Positions 52,101-64,000 of a stretch of DNA of 64,000 nt are shown here, piece after piece. The notes beneath the pieces were generated by a model, which saw only the letters and a program-made list of their open reading frames with translations, ran no database searches and was not told the DNA's origin. The DNA is taken from contig NW_002060972.1 in assembly GCF_000150275.1 (NCBI RefSeq), positions 314,500 through 378,499 on the forward strand, given 5' to 3'. Numbering within the stretch: position 1 is the first letter of the stretch; each line of letters begins with the position of its first letter. The DNA comes from Trichoplax adhaerens (Eukaryota > Animalia > Placozoa). Position numbers and translations under genes: made by a program.

Positions 52101-54357
52101 ATGAAATTGTTTAGATTCACTGCAAATTTTCATCAATAAGGCTGAAAATCATACTGTCAAAGTTTTCAACAGTGTTAACCAAAATTTTACCGAAAAAATT
52201 GCTCCAATATTTCAACGTCAGCATGGCTGTTTCTTAAATTTTATTAAAATTGGCGGTCAAAGTCGTTATGTCGAAGAAACATTTATACATGAATTTGAAG
52301 AATTATTTTATCAATTCTATTATAACTTCTTAAGTCCAGCCAGTCAGAAGAAAAATGGTCAATGCATAAAATTAAGTATGCGATCGATTTCACCCTTTGG
52401 TAAAATTCCAGATGTGGTTTCAAGTCAGGCGTCTAAATTAGCCAAACAACTACGATTTATCAATTCCTTGTTATCAGATATTTTTAATATTTTAGATACG
52501 GCTATCACAGAACATAAGTTTTCTTCATCATGTTTAAATGCCCTGACTCGAATGAATTTTTGTTCCTCTTGCTCTCTAGTTGCAGAAAGCGTTCGACCAT
52601 GTCGTGATATGTGCATTAATGTCATGAAAGGCTGTTTAGCTGCTTTAGCTGATATCGGCCCCTTGTTTCAGACATTTATTGATGCAGTCGATGACATGAC
52701 CAAACATTTCAGTTATATCACTAAGTTGATTACATTATTCGAGTATTACGCCGCCAATATCTCGAATGGGATGCAAATTGCTGTTTCATCGGCTGATTCT
52801 ATTTTAGATCAAGTAAGTGCAGTACTACTACAGTTGCCTAGCTATAATACCTTACATTAGTGGTTAGTAGCTCAACAAAATATGTCATAGATATTTTAAA
52901 ACTAGTATGTGAATATTACACCCAATTCTAAATGTTGATCATTACCTTATCTGTTATCTGTGATTCATTAAAGGGTATGAATTTCCGATACATTTTAATT
53001 AAAATTCATTACTAATTATAGTGATACTTTCCATGTGCGTCTCCTTAGGCCCCTTATTCCATACAACTCTGCTATACCGATAATGTCATTAATGCATCAG
53101 TATTACTTCAGTTGTTATACTTCAATACTAATGAATTTGCCATTAGCAAGTCTTTATTGAAGCTATTAATAATTAATTGATCATTGTCTTGGTTTTAGGT
53201 TCGTTTATTATGTGACATTAGGCATCAATCCGATCCGATAGACAATTTAGGTCACATTGATTTTCCGGTTGACGGCAGAGCTATTAGTGGTGATATCGAA
53301 TTTCATATGGCTAAACTTAAACTATTTCAATCGCTACAAAGTTTGAAAGATAGATTGAAGACTGCGCGGTTCTATTTTACTGATCTTCCTTATAAAATAT
53401 GTCTTGATACTAATGTGGTTGAAAAGCGAAAACATCAAGCATGCTGGAATGGGAAAGAAGTTGGAAGGTAGATGTCTCTTGAACTGTACATAAATAACGC
53501 CTTGTTTCTAATTTAATTTTACTCTAAAGCATTAAAGGACAATTAATATAGCAATAGAGTTATTCGCATGTGGTTTAAATTTCTTTGGTTGATTAATTAT
53601 AGATTAGACCAGTTTGGGGTTGATATGTGCTTTAAAAATAATATATAATTTTGTACATTCTATTAGATACAAATATCAAATTGTTCATGGTAATGGCACT
53701 AACGCGCAATTGAAAAATCCCGAACTGGACGTTGTCATCACCGATAATTACCGTCTCATAGTTAATGTATCAATGCGAATAAATCATTTAATATCTGAAA
53801 TCATGGATCATTTACCGAATAAAGTGACTCCCCGGCCTATACCTACCAATGGCCACATTCCTGGAAACACTGGGAGTGGTTGCATTGGTAGTGGAAATTA
53901 CGGCAGTGGACACGTACCAGATGACAATAGTGAGGACGACTGTGATAGAAACAATGCAAATGAAAGTGGTTCGACAATGCGTGATAAGGATGACGAATTA
54001 ACAACAACAGAAGCTACTTATGGGGCTTCGACTGTTGCTGCAGGTACTATATTTCGTCTCAATATTAATGTTATTATATACGCATGCATGCAAAGGTTAG
54101 GTCGTGTATCGTTGTAATTTCAATTTAGGTCGTAATATGTATGTACGTTATTACTTTTAGACGACGATATTACGGGTTCGAGCGGCATGAACATTTTAGT
54201 AACCGCAAGTAACCAGCTGTATGTCCAGGATTATCAAACGAAATTACCGATTGAGACAACAACATCAGGAGCCATAATGCCTACATATAATAGATTCAGC
54301 CTTTTTGGATCTATACTCATCACTGTTTTGGTTTTTTTGTTATGCAATAGAAGTTGA
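46166..54357 (+). CDS. GPC3/5: Glypican, GPC3/5 (dally-type) subfamily, 638 aa, 6 exons (46166-46382, 47326-47484, 52115-52812, 53199-53467, 53667-54043, 54161-54357)
   Basis: Signal peptide; NDLRVCPKIQTCC; PFG; CLNALTRMNFCSSC; RPCRDMCINVMKGCLA; CWNG; QLKNPEL; all 14 canonical Cys; Ser-Gly cluster GSGCIGSGNYGSG beside acidic residues; C-terminal SGA plus hydrophobic GPI signal. Exon phases are consistent (1917 nt). The start codon is uncertain because there are several in-frame ATGs. Confidence 0.93.
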
Positions 54358-57300
54358 TTTATTTCAATCAACCGAGCTATTCTACAGATTATTGAAAAAT
54401 ATAAAAATTATTATTATCATGTTTATATATATAACCACTGGTGACCAGGATGCTGCATTTGGTTAATCGAACTGGTACCATTGTGAGTATCTCGGTTTGA
54501 TTGCAAATCCAGATGTCAGAAAAAACAATTTTAAGAGCAAAGCTTGTAAAGTACGTAGTCAAATCATAGTTTTGGAGTTAACATATTCTGTAACATTGCC
54601 TTGGCAATCGGTATCTATTTTATATTAACATAATTTTTAATTAATATAACTTGGCAAAATATATTCTTGTTTTATGTTATCAAAGTACTATCGTGCATTT
54701 TTATACATTCTGCTTTTGTAAATATTTACTTTCACGTACATAGTCAGATCAACGATCTAGTAAAATTCCATACGGTTAATACGTCGCTGTAACTATAAAT
54801 TACCAGCTGTAAGCTCTTTCAAGACACAGTCTAAAGTGCTACTGCGTTAGGACATCAAAAAGTGTCTCATCGTATATATTGGTTTCAAGGTTATGAACTG
54901 AAGTATTAATAGTTTTATCTACTGCTATGATTTGTGCATGAATTCATACATTTAGTTAAAAAAATTATTAATATGGTACGAAAAGTTATATCGACGGTAG
55001 ATAAATTTTTATGTACAATTGAAAATGCTTGTGTCATTTGATTAATGGTTGCAACAGAATTTGACGTAAAGTTATGTGTAAAGATTAACGTTAATACTAT
55101 GAAGCTTATTATTTCTAATTTGTTGTAGAACTAATTTTAGTCAGGACTTATAGATTTATATCGCTACGACTGCGTTAGAAATGCTATATTTTATGAGTAG
55201 CACAAAGTTAAGAATTTTAATGATATTGGTAAACTGGATGTGGCTGCCGTTTTGATGTGAAATATTCAAGAAATTATGTCTGGATAATTCATTTATAAAC
55301 TGAGTTTAACTTTCACCTTGTAAAGTATTTCATTCTTGACGTTGAATTAAAATTCAAATATTATGCAATACTATTAGAAAATTAAAGCTTTGATTGTTCA
55401 CCAGCATGCTGTTGATATATTAATAGCTATCTATTACAAGCTAGTTATATTAGCCGAATGGTGTAATAAGGGAGCGTTAATTTCAACGGTACCCATTCCA
55501 ATGCAGATAGCGAAGAGCATTACGGGAGTAAAAAGAAATTAAAGAATGTAGCAATCACACCTAAGTGCCTTTGCTGTTAATTCCCAGAAAGCACGAGTTA
55601 TTTTACAGCAGTGCGAAAAGAAAGGATTTAGTACGCTTCTATGGCGATCTCAATAATGTCGCCAACCTCACATAAAAAAATAAAGTTGAATTTTCTTTCT
55701 AGAGAATTTTAAACCGTGATTGCAAACTATTTATTAAGTTTATTTGTTTAAATTCAATGCATGCGATATACGAACGTTAAAAGGATAGATGGTTATTAGG
55801 CAAAGCTGAAGTTATTGAAATTTAGTTACTGTGATAAATCGATCATTGTAGCTGTAAATTTCTTGTAAATAATTTAATTTTGCCTTGAAATTAAATGAAA
55901 AAATATAAAAACAAGAATTTAGTACATAAAGAATATCGATTGGATTAAAGATCTAAATAAGAACCATTCAAGGCAATCCGCTATCAATGGAAGCGAATTT
56001 TATTTGCTTAATTATCAAATCAAAATAGAAGTTAATAAGCTTCTAACATGTGTCAATATACATTGATAGTAGATTATTTTGATGGGCAAAGTTAGAACAA
56101 ATCAGATAGTGTGTATGAGGAAAAGAATTATAGAGAAAATTTTCGATTATAGGGCCTCACTCATAGTTATAAATGCAGTATTAGATAACTAACCTATCAA
56201 GTAGTAACACACTATACGATTAGTTAAATAATCATAGCTTATGTTAGAATTAATGTCATTTCATGATTTTAGCATATAGTTAATGCCGTGTACCAGAACA
56301 GTGATTGTACTAGTTATAATTCTAAGACTTTCATTCTACAATGGCTGAAAATGTAGAAGATAAAATAAAGATGTACAATAAAAATTGATCTTTCTGAATA
56401 CGAATATAAAATCTGAGCCAACCAGACAAATAGATAGATAATCTCTAAAAGAGATTATCTAGCACCTTTTTAATTTGGTTAGGCTAGCAGAATTTTATTT
56501 AGTACAGATCACCTCATTATCCTAAATACGATCGCTAGAATGGATTTGATGATATAATAGAAAGAAAATGATGGATCAAATAATATCATTTTTGATAATA
56601 TGAAGATTTTTCGATATTGGGCGGTATGACGAATAAATTTACCCTACTGTAAAATCTATATTAAAACGATCATATCCCAAATTTAAGAATGAATGTGCAA
56701 GGATATAAGAGTATCCTGTAAGTGTCTAATACAACTTCGATAATTATCATGTGAGTGAGTAGGAGATCAGAAAGATAGAAAAAAATAGGAAATTAAATAA
56801 ACAATAACCTGATTACATTTTCATGCTTTCATTAATTACGGTGCATTGTAATTTTATTAATAGCACTATTTAAAAGAGGATTAAATAGAGTTACCCTTGT
56901 ATATGATAATAGCAAACTGTAGACCTTAATCTCATTCAAATTTGCTTAAACTTACTTCTATCAACGATACAACTGTGAATATAATTTAACGGTGATAAAA
57001 AAAATTTAAATTCAGTAACCGTAGGCATAAAAATTATTAAAATTATTAGAAAGAGCGAGCTACTCAGTTGATGCTGATACTGTATTAGCTGTTGAGGAAA
57101 TACGTTACATATATGAAATATATAAGCTGTAATTGCTAAATAGAGAGGACTGGTACTATGATAGAATCTTTCTACTATCTTGCATAGAACAATGTTTATT
57201 TCTGTGTAATTTTATTATTAATTCATACTTATTAAGACAGCGAAAAACTTCACTGATAGAATAAAGTCATTATAATAATTAGTAATAGAAATTAATCTAT

Positions 57301-59519
57301 CTAACAAGTAATTCACCTTTTCACGCAATATTCGATGTACCCTGTCATGCATTAATAATCGTCGAATTATTATTTTAAATTAATTTCGAATTTTAACTTA
57401 CAATCTACGTCATCAGCCCTTTATTTAATAATAACATTGCAGGTCGTAAGATATTCCATTATTGTCTTTTCTGGTAAAAATTCTATAAGCACCCTCATCT
57501 CCATTTGTAATGCAATTTCAGATAGCATAAACAAAAAAAAGTTGACACAATGAATAGTGAGTTGAAAGATCATTTCACCTTCAAAATAGGATTTACTATC
57601 ATCATAAATTTAATCATTATTTTTTCACATTTGCAAGAGGATTACTTCATTAGATAGTGTAATTGCTCAAATACAACAATTAAAGTGGTAGACTATTCTT
57701 CTTCACTGACGTAGAAAAAATATCGTTAAGATCGACTGCATGAAAGCTCTTGTATTTAATAATACAGAGCGTCAGCACAACATCAATATACATTTCCAGG
57801 ACTAATTCGACAATGAGAGAATACCAATAGGAAATTATCGATAGAATTAGAAGTGAAATAATGAAATTGGTTGTTTACGAGATTATTTACTTTTATGTCG
57901 CTTCTACGCTTAATCGTGTATGAAATACCTTTAATTAAAGGTGGTTTTATTTGATCCCCTTCTATTATAATGCCGGGATTAGCAACTATATTCTACTCTA
58001 GACAATTTCTTAATGCTCTTGCATTATAGGTCACCATGAAGCTGATACCGGATATTAACAACGTTCTCTATAGCAAACTTTCAATTAATTTGATAATAAT
58101 CAACACTAGACGTGTTGATGTTAAAATTGAGATAAACATTATGAAATGAAAGCTGCCAAGGGCGATTTATAATAACTAGATTAGAATATACATTTATCGT
58201 GAAATTTTACAAAGATGTAACGCTGAAAGTTATTCTTCACAATTATTTTATTAATATGGTAATTCATAGACTATGTAATACACGAGATCAGTGATAAAAT
58301 TAAGCATTTGCGCATTGGAAGGAAATATAATCTATTTTTTGATAGTGCTAAAAAAAATAATCATTAGTCTAGCCTGTAAGCCTTTAATATAGTATAGGCG
58401 ATTTACACGTTGTTGCAATTCGTTTAAAGTGTTGCTATCTAGCAGTCAGTATGATAATATAATTATATTACTCTTAATTTGTTTCTGGCTGCCCATTATG
58501 GTGGCTGCAATAGATTATGTATTATTAAAATAATACAATACCGGTATGCTAGTACCAAAATATTGCAAAGTAGAAACCAATTTAGAATGATATAGTTTTT
58601 TCTACTTTTCTTTCATTTTCTGAAAACTTGTGTCTCCTTAAACAGGGCTTAATATATCTTGAAGACGAATGATCGTTGTTACTCAGATTGTAGGATTATA
58701 ATTTACATAGCTAAGATTAATTTATGTCGTACTACATCATACTGATCATAAATACATAATGTTCCGATAAATATCGCAGTGACTGTTATTAATATTTATT
58801 TACAAAGTCATGGGATTCAATAGAGGTATTTTAATGAATGTTTTGAATATATTTGCGTAATGCGTATACATAAAGTACAGACGATCATTTATCTTACAAT
58901 AGTTATTCAGCTTAATAGTAATTACTCAGTTTAGAAGTTGGCAATTCTTTTTCTGGGTTAGAATATATGCTAACCTTATTTTTATTTCGCGGTTTTTGAT
59001 AAACAAAGATGAATAGTAAATATTTATAGGTAATTGTCACAACCCTCATTTGTGGCAAAGGAAAGTAAAGAACTCTAGTGTAGTTACTTAAAACTTGGGC
59101 TATTTCTCCCAGTACTTTCAGTTTCTATGAGAGAAGTATTTGAGAACTCGATTTCTCGCCTGATCTCCACAGGCAACTGACTAATTATTACACTATTCTT
59201 CACGATATGGGCCTTTAAATTTTGATTTGATGTAATGCTCTGATGAAAATTGCATAAACATAGAATCTTTATAGTGTTTTCTACACAGCCATTTTGATTG
59301 TTACATTTTCTTATAACGGTTGTTATCGACAGAGCAAGCTTTGCTTGCATCCGCAAGCGATCCTTAGACACATTATCATGATTGGTATAGAATTGACCAC
59401 AGTACAGTACTAATGGAATTGTACCACACTGTAGATATCTTACAGTACCTTGCTAATCTTAACTTGGTACGTCCATTACCGTACATTAGTTATCATAATG
59501 CGCTTTGGATTATTAACTA

Positions 59520-60095
59520 ATCTTAATATAGCATGGTACATTACTATTACCGGGATATATATAATATCGAATGATAATACTATCCGTTAATTCTATTAAC
59601 AAATTGAGCATAAACGTATATCTGACAGTTTAGCTTACCAACCTTAACATAGCATTAATACTGTATATAGTAACTACCTTATTCGGTAAAGATACTAATA
59701 CGAAAGTTACTGAAGGAAATTTGAATTGGTATAGAAATGAATGATCTCTAGGGTTTATGTAAATATTATTGAGAAGGTATAAGTGATTGATACACATTAG
59801 AAGGTACTATAAGTTCTATTGCTCTCATGCATTTCGTAGTATGACTCTACTGTAGTTCCCCTGTCCCGGTTATTTTTGATTACTATATATCATATAACAA
59901 AAAGTGTTTCTAAGGGGATAATGTCAGTTAGTCAGCGATCTGATAGGCGAAAGCGAAGTGAACAACGTGGAAATGCACGATCAGTACGTACATTAAATCA
60001 ATCTGTTTTAAATATAGTAGTACCCAGCTATTACCGGGATATATATATAATGTCGAACGGTAATACTATCTGTTAATTATTAACAAATGGGTACA
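59520..60095. repeat. Pair of ~80-bp direct repeats about 485 bp apart
   Basis: CTATTACCGGGATATATAT(AT)AAT.TCGAA.G.TAATACTATC.GTTAATT.TATTAACAAAT at about 59544 and 60028. Confidence 0.85.
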
Positions 60096-63000
60096 TTATC
60101 GTAAACCGTCAGCAAAGCGACGGGAGTTTGGACTAGTCTTATCTATTCAGAAGCATTCATTAAACAACAGTTATTTAATTAGTAACGGCGTACCGTGACA
60201 GTAATAGTAAAAGAATTTTATACAATTAGTTAAGTAAAATGTGTAAATTATCTTCTGCGGCCCTCTTATTAAAGTAGACATTATTAACACCGACTCGGAA
60301 AATGACTTTAAAAGTTTTCTGCAATTACTTTGGTAATGTACATTTGCGGCCAATCTTGTTGTGATGTTTCGGAAGATTGTGGATTCGTCATGATCACAGT
60401 AAATTACCAGAGTTAATTTAGTAGAGGAATAGAGTTTATTGGAATTAGTGCAAAGGAAAAACCGTATGAGATTACAGCGTGTATAACGACGTGACTAGTC
60501 GAATAGCTATAGTAATGTAGCATAGGTAAAGCGTGCAAGCTTACCGTGTAACTAGCAGAACTAACTAACGAGATAGGTGAAAGAAGATAGCTTTTATAAT
60601 GTATGAAGCACAGCAGGAGGAAATCATAAATGACTAATAAGAATATGTTACTTCTATGTTAAGACAGGGCTACGATATAATTCAGCTAGATTCAAAGCGA
60701 TTTCCACAGAGTATTTTGTTAAATATAAATTATACATATTTAGAGTTATGCTACAATCTAGTGGAAATTGACTTTTACTAAAAATAGACTATACCGTATT
60801 TAGAAGTAAACACTACACTTGTAGTAACAACTAACTTATTAATTTTGTTAGCATATATTCCAGATAATTTTCTAGACCGGTAGTAAAATCGTTTTATTCA
60901 AAAGTCACACTACTTTTTGACAAGTTTATTAACCTAACGTTAAGTACTTTCTTTGAGTTGCTTTTACAAAACACTAAACCAATCCGTTGTTATATCTAGT
61001 AAAATACGGTACTGCTACTATCTCGTCCGAGAACTAGCATTCTAAAAGGTTTACAATCTGTAACTGCACTATACTGTAATTTACGAAGTAGCTTTATACG
61101 GTAACGCTGAAAGACGATCAACAAGAATATTTATATAAACTCTGTCTATTGAGGTGATGTAGTGCTGTAATACTACACCTAACTATTTTCAAATAACTTA
61201 AGCATGAAGAATTAATCTATAAATGAATAGAATGATCTTTGATCTTTGCTCTAAATTATTATGCGACTAATGAGATCAAAATCAATGCTTTAATACACCC
61301 AATTCTTTCGTAACTTAGAAGTAAATTAATTTATAGCCCGAATATATATATATATATACTCTTTTACTTTATTTTCAATTTGAAGTTTACGTTATTTTAA
61401 ACTATCAGCTGGAAATAAATGATCAACCGGTAAATTCACACATGATCTCCAATTACAACAATACCTAATTAAATAAAGTAATTCATCAGATCTTAATAAT
61501 AATTCTTGCTTGATTGGTAGTATTTGTTAACTTAAACGATCATAAACACAACTTTCATCTATCTATTATAATCTAGGGCTTCAATTATCTTAATCACTCT
61601 TCTATATCAATCTGTTTGTACTTAAATTGTCTGTGACGAAAGTAAAATTGTGGTGAAATCTTGATTTGTTACAAGATAGGTACAAAAGGTGAGGAAATAA
61701 GCAACACCTGCTTCTCGATGAATAATATTGAATTGAGAGTATAGAAATAGAAGCTATGCATACCACTTATTAACGTACGGTCCAGCTTATGAATTATTCT
61801 GATCATTAATATCAGGGTGGAACTAAGATTGTTTTCCTTTTTAGTTCAATAATGATAACGTTAGCTTTATTGACAGTAACAAAAGATTTGATATCAATGG
61901 AAGTAGATGAAATTCCGAAATACATATTGCCGACAAAATGACATATTACTAATAATGGAGTATCTCGCTATCTAAGATTACTACATTTAGCAAATTAAAA
62001 GATAGGTTTGTTGTCTATTACTAGAATAGATAATAGGGTAGCAATGATGTATGATCAATGTCTGGAAGCTGCAGTTGCGAGACAAATAAATATGCTTATT
62101 GCTAACAGAAATGGCTAACTATATCTGCCAGCTTGTTAGAATTATCATAGTGCTCAACGGTATCTGTTTATCAATAAGAAATACTAAAGTCTGATTTGCC
62201 TTCACTGTATAAGCACACCATCATGTTTAGCAATGAATTACTTGATAATAATTTTTAATTTTTTTTGCAATTATTATTACTGGAATATCATTCTCTATAA
62301 AAATTGTTTTACATCATCTATTAAAAAATAAACTATGCATAATGCAATAATGGATTACATTAGTAAATGGTGGGCTATCATCATGGCAAAAAGAAACTCA
62401 TCAAGAAATAATCTTTACTTTGAGGTCAAGTGAACTAATTAGTAATTATTATAGAAAATTTATGCAGCTCAGTTCATAAAGTTGGATAATAAATCAAAAT
62501 ACGGAGTTTAGCTATACATGCTTACTGGTATTTATAATTACGGTACTCTGCATGAAGTGGCATACAGGCAAAATGAGTTATTTCCTTTGATACTCTGTAT
62601 TTTAAATATAGATTCATTTAGCGATACTTAACAGAATGCTGTATGTCTACTTAAGACTTTTCTAATCTTCAGCAATAATGTGAATTGAGGCGAGAGAATG
62701 AACCTACTTTCGTAAAAATTATTTCATAGGTAATCGTCTCAAATAATATCGAATTGTAATTGTTTTTATCTATTGTAGCAATAAAGTCTGCGATATTCAT
62801 TTTCAGAAAAACAAAAAGTTAATATGGATTTACATTTTAACTGTTGAAGATGAATGCGCATAGTTCATTCTGAGAAGGTTAACATCTCATCCTATAGAAA
62901 TTTGTAGGTCTGGCTGGTTATAATATCTGCTTTGATTCTCAGAATTTCTAGTGTACTGAGACATGAGTTAAACTAGATTATTTAATTCAAGATCATTATC

Positions 63001-64000
63001 ATAGATAATGATACATTGACCGATAAATTTTGAATGCCAAAATTAAAGTAAAGGGTAATTAGCTAAGACCTTTGGTCACAGCTGTATGTTCTTATTATTT
63101 GTTATTGATTCGAATCAAATCACTTATATTCATCTATCCAAAGAAATTTATTAGAAAATTTTTTTGGCAGTAATGCCTGAAACAAATCATGATGAATTAG
63201 ATGTATTCTTTATGACCAGTATCGTGCCGAAAGTGATCATTTAAACGCTTCTTCTTTCTGTGATTGGTACGCTATTTTGGTAAGAACCTTCCACATATCC
63301 AACGATGATCCATATTGAAATATTTCTGCGATGTTTTCTTAATAAATAATTATTTCTTCTGTTCTCTGATTCCAATAACCGTGAACTGTATCGCTTCCAT
63401 CCTCAAATAACCTTCTAATAACTAATATACACTTTAAAACTCATCAACGTTTATTGTATTTTAAGAATTTATGCTTCATTGACTGGAAATTCTACAAATT
63501 ACCGCCGGATGACTTTCCACCTTTATGTTAAAATACTTTTCATAAGGTAATCAAGTTCTTAATGTAGTATTTGACCTATAAAAGATCGTCGAATGAAATG
63601 AATAACTTCTTTATAGCAATAGGCTGCATTTCAATATAAAGATAAATACTATTAGAAATTATAATATGACCATTTTGTTTAATGAAGTAAATCTAATACG
63701 ATTATCGCTGAAACCAACAATTTAATAGATATTACGTAAAACTATTATATAAATAAGAAAATACTTTGCAAATAATCCTGAAAAAAAATAGTGCTTATGT
63801 ATTCTATTGTTAGTTAACATGGAATATAATCGTTCCCCTAATTTCCTGACATGAGAATTTCAGAGCGGAAGTTCGATTACTCATAATGACCAGATTTGAT
63901 CCGTCTGTATTCTTCTCGTCTGCCTCTTAAGTTGCCTAAATATAGCATTGCAAGCATGATCTAAAATATATGAATTAGACGGACTAGAGATGATTTCTAT

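Noticed and set aside
63237-63415. Protein-like minus-strand frame (RLFEDGSDTVHGYWNQR...*ENIAEIFQYG...) as a pseudo-exon
   Set aside because: Short, interrupted by a stop, and not recognisable as any family.

Overview
Eukaryotic (animal) genomic DNA, AT-rich, with mostly ~70-150 nt GT-AG introns. Composition and intron conservation suggest an early-branching metazoan such as a placozoan (inference, not verified). I reconstructed four protein-coding genes by hand. (1) The first coding exon of an LRCH (leucine-rich repeat + calponin homology) gene on the minus strand at 452-302; it is absent from the ORF track and runs off the window. (2) A complete myosin VII gene (about 52 coding exons, 12534-28577, +; motor, 5 IQ, SAH, MyTH4-FERM-SH3-MyTH4-FERM), with a candidate distal first exon at 4182-4220. 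(3) A small 208-aa CAP-Gly protein gene (30661-29523, -) with an RFX X-box upstream. (4) A complete 638-aa GPC3/5-type glypican (46166-54357, +). The 5' part of the myosin locus is filled with several families of degenerate tandem repeats, two of which appear inverted around the first coding exons. The main leads are the LRCH-MYO7-glypican linkage, an altered myosin VII autoinhibition motif (RGSK to NGMK), the CAP-Gly protein with RITA/CFAP45-like motifs, and the inverted repeat arrays. No rRNA, tRNA, CRISPR array or intact transposon was recognised.
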